Source of the DNA: Ruditapes philippinarum
Taxonomy: Eukaryota
Reading direction: 5' to 3'
Length of the DNA stretch: 64,000 nucleotides
Assembly: GCF_026571515.1 (NCBI RefSeq)
Contig: NW_026852427.1
Span: 62,001-126,000, forward strand
In this document: positions 24,071 to 37,120 of the stretch, one piece after another
Position numbering within the stretch: position 1 is the first letter of the stretch
Layout: each line of letters begins with the position of its first letter
Notes under the pieces: model-generated
The model's input: the letters and a program-made list of their open reading frames with translations, nothing else
Told to the model about the DNA's origin: nothing
Database searches by the model: none
Position numbers and translations under genes: made by a program

Positions 24071-26380
24071 GTTGATATATATTTAAGACAATAGAATATT
24101 ATACATGTATCATTGTTACATATATCTTAGACAGTGTTATCAACGCATGGTTACAAGAATGGACAATTTACAAGTACCAATATTTTTTTCAGTTTTGTTA
24201 TGTTGAATGATATTCAAGCAGACAGATAATACAAAAATTAAATTCACTCATTTTAGACATATATTCAGAATGTGAAAATATCAATAGCAATTGCCACTGC
24301 ACAATTTATTTTATGTAATTGATAGTAAAATTTCTTTGTTCTTAAGAGGTCATATTCGCATGCCTTGAGGGATTCCGATATAACTTGGCACAAATGTTTT
24401 CCATTGTAGAGCAGTGTCGCCTGTTAAATTCAGGTACCTGCAGTCAAGGTCAAGGTCACACATATAGGTCAAAGTAAAAGTATAAAATATGAAGATTTGT
24501 TTAAAGACTATTAAGTCACCATTTATTTGCCCCCCCTCCCACACACACACACACACCCAAGAAGAGGAGGTTTATTATTTTGTCATTGTCAGCCAGTCTG
24601 TCGGTCCATCAGTCATATCTCCTACACGCATGAAGGGATTCTAATGATGACACAAAATTGAAAAATGTCACAAAATACCATTTTCAGTTTATTTCTGAGT
24701 ATATTTGTTTTTTTGTTTGAATTTTTTTTGCCATTTTTCTGTTCTCATGTTATAATATAACAAAATTTGCATTTTTTTCCTAAATTATTTTCCATTATGA
24801 AAATTGTGATGTCATGAAATAATATGCAAGACTATTCCCTTTATGACCTTTTTATTGTATCATTGTCATTTTTTCTATACCATTTTAAAATCAACTGGAT
24901 ACTGGGAAATAACATAAGTGAGGCGTTATTTTCCGCTAGAAATTCCTTAAAGTACCCATTTTACCCTTTTGCGCAAATTCAATATATTTTTATTTATATT
25001 TTGTATTTTTGCAAACAGGTTAAAATAGATCAGATGTGATGTCATAAATCATTAAAAATTACTTCTCCGTTCAATGTAGAATGTAAAATTATTTATTAGC
25101 AAACTAGAATGATAATAGATATTATTTTATCTTATGTTGAAGTATCTAATGTATGTTTTTACGTTCAAATGTTTTACTTTTAGTCACTTTATATACCGTG
25201 AGTTTGGTATATTTTACATATTAAGATAAATCAGTCTATTCAACTTAAACTGATGTTTGGAATGCATTTGTACTATATAATGCAGCTGATGACATGTTTT
25301 AGCAAATAAGAGAACTGAAAATAGTAGCAGTAGATCTACAGTAATTGAATTTTTTTATTGTCATGTACACGTTATGATGGGAAAGTTTTATCATTTCACA
25401 TTATCCATTTGAAGGTATGACCACCCCCACCCATGCAGTATCTCCGCTTTGGAGAGAAGTCAAGAAGACTATAACTACTGTCAACTGCATTGAAACTCTC
25501 GGAGAGGCACCGGTTCAAACCCCAGAAGAGGCTTTTTTAACTCCTTTTTTATTTTAACATCATTTAAGTGTCTCTCTGGTCACATTTTGAAAGAAAAATG
25601 TGTGTCTTATTAGATATCTAATAGTATTGGTTCAGTTATGTCGAATTTTATATAAACTATGGATTTTTTCAAAGTCTTATAAGCATTCTTAACAATGTTC
25701 AATAGGAAATCAATTTTTAATAATGATGATAAAATAGATTATTTAGAGTTTTTATTTTTGAAAATAAAAACCTTCTAATTGCCATGAAAAAAATATATAA
25801 AAAATCCCATGTTAACTTTGTACAGGTGTCCTTTAAGGTATATTTAACGGACCTCTATTGCCAATTTTACAGTTAATACCTTAATTTTTGTCATTATTAA
25901 CCATTAATTATTAAAGGGAAGTAAGTGATATAAATAGTTGTTAAGTTACTTGAGTTATTATGTTTGTTTGAAACATATGAATAAAAATTGTTACTGCAAT
26001 AAGCACTACATATAATTATGTACATTTATGTTTAATTGTACAATTATTATGATTGGATCCTTTACAAGAAATAAAATGATATGAATACAAGTAAATGTTT
26101 GTTTTACTATTATGTTTGATAAACAGACAGGCACACACACTTATGTATTGTTTGATTTCACAAATACAAGATAACAATCTTAATTCGCTATTACAAGCTA
26201 TGGTCAATACGTGAGCTCGTTTGAAATATTGGGACACTTAACTTGCATTTCTCATTGAGTTTGATTTGAAAAATAAAATCTTTATAGTTGTTTGTTTTGA
26301 AGAAGGTGATAGCAATTCTGTCAAAAGTCCGACTGCTAATAGTAGCGTGATTAAATGGCAAACGTGTGTGTGTATTTGAG

Positions 26381-27088
26381 TTTATTATGCTTCCCATAGT
26401 CGCCCCTTTGTCCGTCCGCTTAACTTTAGAACAACAAGAGGTATCAATACGAAACTTTGTAGGTAGATATATCTCATTGAGTAGTTGTGCAGCGCACAAG
26501 AACCGTAAATCTGCCTTGCCTCATTTCTGAATTATTGCCCTTTGTTTACTTTTACACTTTGACTTTTGTCCGGGACATAACTCTAAAATTATAAGAGGTA
26601 TCAACATGAAGGTAGATAGATCTTATTGAGTAGGTGAGATCTTATTGAGTAGGTGTGCAGTGCACAAAAACCTTAACTTTGCCGTGCCAATTTTTTGAAT
26701 TATCGCCCTTTGTTTATTTTTACACTTTGAACATTGTCTGGGACATAACTCTAAAATTATAAGAGATATCAATATGACACTTTGTAGGTAGATAGATCTT
26801 TTTGAATAGAACTGCAATGCTAAAGAACCTAAACACAGCCTTGTCGAATTTTGGAGTTATTGCCCTTTGTTTATGTTTACACTTTGAGTTTTACCTGAGA
26901 CATAATCTGAAACTATAAGAGATATCATCACGAAACTTTATAGATAGATCTCATTGAATAGAAGTGCAGTGCAAAACACCATAACTCTGCCTTGCTTAAT
27001 TTTGAATTTTTACCCTTTGTTCATTTTTATACTTTCCTGTGTCCAAAACCTTCACGGGGAGCAACACCCGGTTCAACCGGTTCTTGTT
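26381..27088 (+). mobile_element. Helentron/HINE-type element with ~155-bp core repeats
   Basis: Begins TTTATTATGCTTCCC..GTCCGTCCG; tandem units; ends GGGGAGCA...CCGGTTCAACCGG (hairpin) TTCTTGTT. Confidence 0.75.
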
Positions 27089-27089
27089 G

Positions 27090-27364
27090 ATACTCGCCAC
27101 CGGTCCCACATATCGGACAGTCCTCCAGAAGAGTATAAGTCATTTGATATGTTGGAGGATAGTGCAAACTACAGCAAGACGTCCCAATACTAGAGGCTTC
27201 TCTTAGTTATTTAGCATGCTGAGTGTTTAAGCACTCATACACGGGACATCGATTTAAAGTCTTATCCGGAAGAATGAATATACTTTTAGTTGGCAAGCCT
27301 GGGAATCGAACCCACTTGGTCGAGATCACATGTCTCGCGCTTTAACTGATTGAACTTTGCGGGG
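27090..27364 (-). mobile_element. tRNA-derived SINE with V-domain-like core
   Basis: Minus strand: degenerate A box, B box GGTTCGATTCCC, then GGATAAGACTTTAAATCGATGTCCCGTG resembling the V-SINE core. Confidence 0.65.
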
Positions 27365-27576
27365 TACAAACGGCAAAACAGTCATAAAAGCGATTTGTAT
27401 AGCTAGAAATGGAACGAGGCAATGAAGCAGACTATCAAATGTGTAATAGGGTATTCCTGTATGAGGTGTGTGTATGCAGCCAACCCTCAGAATCTTTTTG
27501 ACAAAACTTTTTATGGTCTGCTTGTAATATGATTTAATTTTGTTTAATGCTCATAAAATTTGTTCACAATGCTCGT

Positions 27577-28768
27577 TTTTAGCTCGACTATACAAAAGTA
27601 TGTGGAGAGCTGGCGTACTCGCCCCGGCGTCGGCGTCTATGTCCTCGTCTAGATTTCAGATTAAAGTTTTGGTGCAGTAAAATATTTTTCACTATAACTT
27701 TGTCATTTCTTAAGGTATGAACTTCAAACTTCAAATATATGTTCCTTATTATCAACCACATCTTATGTGAAACGGTTTATAACTATAGCACCAATATTTT
27801 CTGATTAATCTCCCCTTGAACTTTTTTCCTTGAAAACTACTGTTTTTTCTGTAACTTCTTTATTTTTTAAGGGATAAACTTCATGCTTCAAATATATTTT
27901 TCTTATCATCAACCGCATCTTATATGACAAGGTTCATAACTCTAGCACCAATATTTTTAGATTTATCTCCCCTTAAACTTAAATTTTTTCTTAAAAAATA
28001 CTATTTTTTACTGTTACTTCTTTATTTCTTAAGGGATCAACTTTATATTTCAAGTATATGTAACTTATCATCAACCACATGTTATGTGACAAAGTTCATA
28101 GCTCTGGCACCAATATTGTTATACTTATCTCCACTTGAAAACTTAGAATTTTCCTTAAAAAATATTGTTTTTTAACTGCTACTTATTTTTTTTAAGGGAT
28201 CAACTTTATACTTAAAAAATATGTACCTTATCATTAACCACATGTTATGTGACAAGGTTCATAACTCTAGCACCAATATTGCAAGATTATCTCCTTATCA
28301 TTTTAGATTATTTTACTTGAAACATGTTATTTTTTATTATAACTTTTTTCTAGTTTTAAAGCTATCTACCTCAAACTTCAAATACTTATTTCTTATCATC
28401 AATTACATTTTATGTGACAAGTTTCATAACTCTTGAAGCAATATTTACAGATTGATCTCTCTTTTAACTTAGGATTTTCTTTAAAAAAATATTATATATT
28501 ATAACTTATTTACTTTTTAAGAAATCTACTTCAAATATATATTTCTTATCATTACACAGATGTTGTGTGACAAGGTTCATAACTCTAATGTGACTTTTTC
28601 CAGAATTATTCCCCTTGATCTTGGAACTTATGTTAACAATGTTATTTTTTTACTATAACTTAATACATAATTATACATAATTGATTTTTTTCTTTATAGT
28701 TTTGTCTTCCTTACTTCTTCCAGTATTTTATTAGTCGAGTTTCGCTGTCTCCTGTGACAGCTCTTGTT
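27577..28768 (+). mobile_element. Complete Helentron/HINE-type element with ~160-bp core repeats (about 6)
   Basis: Subterminal inverted repeat CTCGACTA (~27582) / TAGTCGAG (~28732), 3' hairpin GCTGTC..GACAGC, T-rich ends, GGCGTC microsatellite. Confidence 0.85.
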
Positions 28769-31700
28769 GTACACCTAGTCACAAAACACAATCACGATCA
28801 GAACAGTCACAAAACACAATAAAATTGTGTCGTAGGACTGCCAAACAGGCAGTTATCAATATGTGTACTGAATGCAAATGACAAAGCCAGCTCTACAAAC
28901 ACATTACAGAAGTTAAAAGGTTTTGGAAAAAATATCATTATATTCTCGGATCATGACTAAACAACTGTCTTAAGAACTTAGTAAGAGGTGACGAAAATGA
29001 AGTAGAAATTGGAAATGAGCTACATTTAACTTGCGTCACATAACGTAATTACAACGCTGGAGCATGATTTCCATGAAAAGATTTAAAATGTATTTTTAAA
29101 AAAAAAAAAACATTGTCAAATTAACAAAGAAAATCACACGGAGCTTTCAAACCCACGCAAATTACCCCAAAAAAGTGCAAATATAGTCCTTGATCTTCAC
29201 GCACAAGAAATATTGTGATAAATACTGCAAAATCAGTCATTAATTGCATTCAACTTTTCAATTATGACTTGAATTGTATTAGTTCTTTCTTAAAGTTTAG
29301 TACAATCATTATTCTCATATTTGATTTACTTGATGTAGTTTTACTCATATGGGACATGCAGTTTTATGTATTCTTGATTATAGACTAAAATTTCCTGTTT
29401 TCATTTAAAATGTTTGTTAACTTCTGCAGATACAGTTATTTAAAAGATGTTTATTCATTTGTTCTAAACAATTACCTGTATGTCATATTTTTAAATTAAT
29501 ATCAACGATGTTAAAACACAGCTTTATTTATACCTACTAAAATGCCGAATCATTAAATCAACTTTTTAAACAAATTAATACTTTAAGTCATTAATTCCGA
29601 TTGGAATGCAAATGTATTTTAGATTTCATGTAAATTTTATGATTAACGTACAAATAATACATACAAATATACTTCCGTCAATGACAAACGTTTCATTATT
29701 TTTACTGAAACATTTATTAATACGTTCTTCTGCTCTCTTTACTCTTTCATTTCCGGGTACTTTACCGGTGCGGATGGTTTATACCTGGGGTTAAATAGGT
29801 AATATAAATAAGTTTTACAACAGAATCAAATACATATAGTTAAAAGTATCCATTATGTTAAAAAAACAGCTAAATATTCTCTGAATAGATTCTATGATAA
29901 AATAGATTTTCTGGATTGTAAAGTGACATTGGCTTTTTCTATACAGAGAAAGTTTTGATCTAAAAATTTGAGTTATAACAAGTTAAACAAGTTTATTTAC
30001 ATTTTCGCAGGTCATAGACCCATGTGGCACAATATGCAAAATATACATTATGGCAAACGTGCATCAATTTTAAAGTGACATGATCACGTACATGCATTAT
30101 AGTAGCACATTTTACATAGGACATGGAAACATATATTCACCTATTACATGATGTAATAATTCACATTTTCGTCGTATGTGTCAAAAGTATATATGCAACA
30201 TAAGATTGTGTACTGACTTTACATATTAGACGAGATCTATCACTAGTGAAGTAGATAATTTGACAGATTAAAATCTTTCTCAACTGAATATTGAATTTAA
30301 ATCATGTTGATAACGAAAGTGTGAATTTAATATAAACTTTTCATACTGCATACACCATTTTCGACTATAGTAACATTTAAAAATTTAATTGTGCATGGGA
30401 GATAATTGCTATGGTCTTATCGCTCGATCTGGATATCGAGTTATGTAACATCCGCCGCACTATAGTTTTAACAATATATTGACATTCAATATAATTTCTT
30501 AACATAATTAACTGCAGTTATCTAGTAAAATGGAACAAAGATGTAAAATATTTATAAATCATATAAAGATTATGAATCATTGTATAACTAACTCATACAT
30601 TTGCAAAGCGAGATAACTCTCAAGTATATAAATAAGATATTATCGTAGTTGGTACGTTCCCTTGCATTGTGCCTATTGCTACTACATAATTACTTGAATA
30701 TCTTTTTTCTACTCGGACAAAACAGCTTACGTCAGATACAAAGAAGACAATACGCCCAAAATATGTATATTAACGCCATTTTGATGGTAACTATTAACAA
30801 CGATAGGTCATCAAGGTTTTTTTTTAAAATATACTTTGTATGATCAACAAATATTATTTTTCTACTAAACTTTTTTAAGTAAACATATCTAAGTGGACTA
30901 TTTTGTCCTACAACCTTTTGCTGAGACTCTTCTATTGTGTAATGTTAATCGGCCACGTACAAATTAAGCCTACCGTAAATAATATATGAGAACATTTTTA
31001 TACATTACATTATACTGAAGGGTCTATTTCATTACCAGATTTATGTTTAGGCTCTACGCTGCTATCTCCCCCATTTGGCTGAAAATTAATTGACATATCA
31101 TATTTAATAATATAATTATGACATATGATCTAAAATGTTATAAATATATAACCTTCCATCTTTTCATAAGCATGTTCCGTCGTTTGATTTAGTTGTGCTT
31201 TTAATAATTCCATCGCGATTTATTTCTGAATTTAAAATAGCATTCTGCTCTTCGGGATTATTCGGTATTTACAATTCTAGTTTTTCACATGAAACGAATG
31301 TCGACCTAAATGGCACCCCAAGCTTGTCATGCAAAAAGGGACAAAAGACGAATGTGTAAAAATTAACATGCACTATGGAAATCTCTTATTAAAACAATTT
31401 CATGCACATGCAATTAAATACAATCAAAACCACAATTCTTTCAAAATGTGTTACTTTATCCGTTTAATTGCCGAATTCGTTTTAAAAATTGTTGAAACAT
31501 CTTGTGAAAATTTACGAGTTCTCATTATAATAGATTTTGTTTACACCATATTTATAGTCTTCGACGCAGCGTAATAAACTCTTAATAACTGCATACAATT
31601 CATTGATGTTCGCAGATCTCATGGAATGAATAATGTTGTCGAGTTTACACCCCATTCATTTCTGCTGCTGTACTTGTATACGTTTACCGAATGCAGCTGT

Positions 31701-34700
31701 TATAACGTCTGTTGACTCAGTTAAAGATTCAATTTATTGTTCTGTCAGATAAGCTAGATATATAATTCAATGTTTCGAAGATTTACAACATGTATTATCT
31801 GAGAAAAATGGAAAACTGTTGACATGATTATTACTTTGATATACCTTTTTAAACTGTTCCGCAAGACTCTGACATTATTAAATACTTAAACAAGTAGACA
31901 TGGTTTAATTATTATATTACCTGAGATGGAACGGGTCATACGCTTTAAAGACTTCACAATGACTGTTTTGAACTTTCATAAGTAAAGTAAATTAAACTAG
32001 AACTGCTATTCGTGTCAATGCTTATATTTACCGTAAATTGAACATATTCTAATTTTCTTGACCCTTATACACACTATGTATGAGCATGTATGAATCATAA
32101 ACTTGCATGCCATCTGTGCGTGCTTGATATCCTGAGCTAGGTGGATAGGAATACTGTACATTTATATATTTATTTATTTTTCATTTATCTCTAAAGACGT
32201 TTAAATGTTGAATACTGCTTGAGCCGGTGCTAGATGCACGGGGACGGTAGTTTGCACGATGAACAGCCTCAATCGAACCGAGCTTCTAATATTTTCAATT
32301 TTGCAGTTTTGGACTTTCATTGGGTATTCTATTCCCCTCTTTTCTATTACACTATATCCATATAGGGGGACACTTATGACATGCAAAGTAGGATTTTAGA
32401 ACCGTCAGTCGCAAGCTAATCATGTAATGGTAAATTTTGAATTCATGAACATCCGCAGATTGTTCATACGGCATTTATCATGGAACCTTCAATGTGACAC
32501 GTTAGAGTCATCGTTCATATCATTGTTGTGGTATATTTAAGGATGGACTTACTGTTGCATGATAGATTGTGTCCAAGTTACGTCTCATGTGAACCGTGGA
32601 TATCAAAACCATTTTGACAAATATCTTTTTTTTAATTGTTCTTCCGCGCAAAGTATTTCATTAATAAAACCAGTTTATTATATAAATAAATTTGCCTTGC
32701 TAAGTCACTCATCATTCTCACTTATTACTGTACTAACGATATCACATTTCTTAACTGACAAAGCAGAGACACATTGTGGTTTATCTGACTTGATAATGTC
32801 AACGTTTTAGAAAGTTTTGAGAAGTACTTAAATTTCCATCTGTAAAAGTAATAATTCATCGCAATCTAGTTTAAAGGCAAAGTTGACGTTGCCCTTTTAT
32901 TGTATAAGCGTTTTAATAATAGGGTTATCAATTTAAATAATGACGATCGTATTAGATTACAGATGCATTAATTTCAAATATTTTTACATTGCACAAACCA
33001 TTCATTGAACATGAATAATGATATTTACCACATACCGTGCCAATTTGGCGAATCAAGTAAAAACGGTATTGAGCGGCCGTGCAAATATTTTGACGAAACG
33101 TCATTTGCGTTATAAATATTGTTTGGTTTTATTAACCTGTCAACATCATTATATGTGGTGGTTGGTCCATCTATCCGATTCTGATAAAGGTTTGAGTGAT
33201 TTATCAGTGCGTGGTCCGCGAGCTCACATTTTCTCCAGCAAAAAGGTGAATGTATTAAAATATAATCAATGCCGTAAAATGAAACTTTATAAGATAAATA
33301 CAAGGTAGTCTAACTAGACAAAACTTTTTTGATGTATTAGGTTAAGACGCGAACATATAAACAATACGCGAGGGGTAGTTGCCTAAGCTATATACTACAG
33401 TATAGAATACTGTATGTTAGTTTTGACAAATATTTTTATGTTTTAAATTTTTGAGTCAGTGCACAGCCATTGTTTAAAGTGTACAAAACCTATTTTAAGT
33501 GTTTATTTTGGCCCTAATAAGTGGCTGTGAAACGGTGCTATTGAGAAGTTTATTTATTTATTTATTTTGTAATTTTATTGCTATGTAATTTTAATTGAAT
33601 AATTTCTTAAATAGGCTGTGCACTAGACTATTTTTACCATACAGTCTAATGGTTATTATCAAAATTGGGAGGTGCTGGCTACAGATTACCCATAATGTCA
33701 AAAAAGACTCCATATTGTATATATTCCTTTGTCCCCCGCCCCGTGTTATTTATTATCTATCTTTTTTATTCCTGTATATATAAACTAGTATCCTTAATAC
33801 TAGTAAACGTGAACCCGTGCCCCCATATGGAGCAATACGTTTATCACGGGTTCACTCAAGCATGAGATTTTCTTAAATATGTTACACAAAGACTATCTCA
33901 TCACATTATGGGTAACCAAGTTATTATTATTAGCCATATTTGGGACTTAGATTTTTTCTTATTCTTCTATGAATTGTTTAAGTAATAGAAGATCAATTAT
34001 TATGTGTGATATCTAGATGCATAATAATTTATAGACCATGAGACAGTGATAAATAGATAAGGCCGTTTCCACCACATTTTAATTATCATATTTGTTTTAA
34101 TTTTGAAATAAAGTTGGTAAAAACACGTATACATTGGATGCAACGGGCACCCGCAAAATTTCTATCCAGTCCGCGCGACAAACTTGTCGAAATAGGTCAA
34201 CACAAAAACTTGCAGAATTTTCAAGAAAATCGGATTGACCTCCTTATTCAGATAGAAGAAATTTTAGACCAATGAGAACAAAGGAGGCAATCCTCTCTAA
34301 ACCAATCAAAATTAACTTTATAAAGCGGGTGTTCGGTAGAACTTACAAAATTTACAAAATCTAAAACAAACTCTGGTAATTACAAACATGTAATTAATTA
34401 TATACATCCCAATGTATACGGTTTATAACATGTAAATAGAAACCAACATAAACAACAGTCAGCCCACATTGAATTGGTCAGAATACGTTCCTGACATGCC
34501 TTCTCGCACATTAGTATGCGAACTCTACAATTATAGGTAAATTTCTAAAAACTTTTTAGTTATATTAAATAAATATTAGTCCTGTTATAAAAGACGGTAC
34601 TCTATATAATCGTCTTGGCCGATTTTAAATTAAGTGCTTTTAATCAATAAATTTTAGATTTTTCAAACTTAGTATGGGATTGCCCCATCTTCCTCCCATG

Positions 34701-34890
34701 ACAAAGGTTGTACGTAGAGACAACCCTGTCATGGGGGATATGGTATGCACATAAACACATGTACGGATATAATAACAAGTATAATAAACAACAGATCCCC
34801 ATTTTTTTTAATGATTATAAATGAAGTATATGCTCGCCCATATGGTCTCTTTCCGGTGGCGAGGGTAAACAAACACAAACACACACACTA

Positions 34891-35758
34891 ACCTGTCAAT
34901 TACATACTGATTACACCGGTCGATGCACACAGTATATTAATTTCTCAATAGATTTTCGGTAAGTTCCGTGAGATGAACGCTGTACGATGGAATCTAATTT
35001 AATTTGTATCTATGAACTAAGTGTACTGAGTGTTATAGCTCAATAGGGTAAAGCACGAGTTTTTGGGTCATGGGTCATGTTGTTTGTTGTGGTTTGTTGT
35101 TGTTTTTTTGTTGTTTTTATTAATACTTTCAACATTATTGAAGGTATATATGATTATTTTTTATGTTGTTCGTTTTGGTTCAAACAGAATTTATTTTAGT
35201 TCGATTGTGTAGGAAGCTATAAGATATATAGACACACTTTCGAATCCGTTCCTGGAACAAACCAGTACTGAGCAATGAGTGTAAAGTGTAAAGTTTCTTG
35301 CTCAAGGAAACAACGACTGGCCCCTAACGGAGTTTGAACACATGCGGCTGGCGATCATTAGATTACTAGTCCGACGCGTTAACAACTCGGCTAACCGCCA
35401 CTTTATAACCATTTTAAAAATTCATGTTTAAAATTAAAACTCAAATCAATAAATGTCTTTTCAATGCCATAAAACACACTACAAATCCGTTCCATTAAAA
35501 TATAGTGCAAACATAAAGAGTAGGCCTAAAAGCATGGCAACAGTAAGGTTCGAACCACAGACCTCTAAATTATCAGGCATTCACTTAACCGACTGTGCTA
35601 TTGTGAATTAACGAAAAGCTACACATTAAGCTGACATGACTTTCAAAACATGACTAATACACTCGACATTAATTCTCGTAAACTACACGAACCAAACCGA
35701 ATTTGTGTCGAATATTTAAATGAGTGCTATATATATAATGTATTCATTATTGACAGGT
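34891..35758. mobile_element. Putative TIR element with tRNA-like segments in both arms, hosting a SINE
   Basis: 10-bp TIR ACCTGTCAAT / ATTGACAGGT; TAGCTCAATAGGGTAAAGCA at ~35035 (+) and tRNA-like segment at ~35535-35600 (-). No clear TSD. Confidence 0.45.
35222..35399 (-). mobile_element. tRNA-derived CORE-like SINE
   Basis: Minus strand: GGCGGTTAGCCGAGTTGTTAACGCG (A box), GTTCAAACTCC (B box), GTTTCCTTGAGCAAGAAACTTTAC (CORE-like). Confidence 0.75.
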
Positions 35759-36077
35759 CAGCAAAATCAGACTATACATGCTGTAAAGAAGCGCTATATG
35801 TTAACGTTACACAATAAGCGCGTCATTGAAAAATGATTCTTTTCACTTAAAACAGTCTTTATTTTGAATATGTGATAAAAAGAAATTAAATATTTTATTT
35901 GTGCAAGCTCTTTTCTGAATTTATTGAATAATAGTAAGCTCGCCAGCCAGAAGCTCGCATATTATAACTTTATTCAACTTGCTCAATAAATTCAACATTC
36001 AATATCCTCTATTTATTGCATGATTTGCATAACATGTATTCACAATGTGACATGACTATATGTTCGTGAAGTTAGCC

Positions 36078-37120
36078 AGACAGCCGGAACAGCCGGAGCA
36101 GCCGGAACTCATTTTCGTCTACTCCGGCTGTTCCGGCTACTCCGGCTAGCCGAAATCCGGTTTTGGCTATACAGGCCGGCCAGAGATGATACGGTAAATC
36201 CTGTGCAAAAGACCATTGGCTAATTCCGTAATGTAATGTCAAATTACTTATCACAACGATCTCCGACTATTACGGCTATTCAGAAAAACAGAAATCAAGG
36301 CTACATAAGATGAAAAAAAATCCGACATCAGATTGAAGAATATATGTGCCGTGCATTGTGTGTCCGGGTGTCCGCGGGTATAGGTGTGTCCGTCGGGAAT
36401 ACTCTGGTATTTTGCCGACGTTGAGCCGAAAATCGTTCTATACAGCTCATATCTGGCCAATTCCGGCTGACCCCTGTGGGGACCAGACTCAATTACGCAG
36501 AACCGCACATGGTGGGATTGTTAGGGGGTCTGACTGGGTGTCCGCGGGTATAGGTGTGTCCGTCGGGAAAACTCTGATATTTTGCCGACGTTGAGCCTAA
36601 AATCGTTCTATACAGCTCATATCTGGCCAATTCCGGCTGACCCCTGTGGGGACCAGACTCAATTACGCTGAACCGCACATGGTGGGATGGTTAGGGGGTC
36701 TGACAGGGTGTCCGCGGGTATATGTGTGTCCGTCGGGAATACTCTGGTAATATGCCGACGTTGAGCCGAAAATCGTTCTATATAGCTCATATCTGGCCAA
36801 TTCCGGCTGGCCCCTGTGGGGACCAGACTCGATTACACAGAACCGCACATGGTGGGATGGTTAGGGGGTCTGACTAAATTTGTTCCTGGATTATTTTTTC
36901 ATCTTTAATAGTCTTTATTTCGGTTATTCAGGCCAGCCGGAATAACCAGAGATCGAGGTGATTTGAAACTACATTATGGAATTAACCAATTGTCTTTTGG
37001 ACAGGTTTCACTGTATCTTCTCTTGCTAGCCGATTCAGCCGGAACCAAATTCCGGCTAGCCGGAGTAGCCGGAAAAGCCGGAAGAGACAAAAACTTTTTC
37101 CGGCTGTTCCGGCTGTTACT
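36078..37120. mobile_element. Foldback/MITE element with ~250-bp inverted arms and internal tandem array
   Basis: Arms ~36078-36330 and ~36885-37117 are reverse-complementary and rich in AGCCGGA/TCCGGCT motifs. Confidence 0.85.
36366..36875. repeat. GC-rich tandem repeat, 3 x 170 bp
   Basis: Units begin GGGTGTCCGCGGGTA at 36366, 36536, 36706; few substitutions between copies. Confidence 0.95.

Noticed and set aside
28800-34000. Short ORFs of 60-96 aa as a further gene
   Set aside because: Low-complexity AT-rich translations, no domain motifs and no consistent exon chain.
36251-36848. Three similar small ORFs (MRFCVIESGPHRG...)
   Set aside because: Products of the 170-bp tandem repeat; unit length is not a multiple of 3 and there are no protein motifs.
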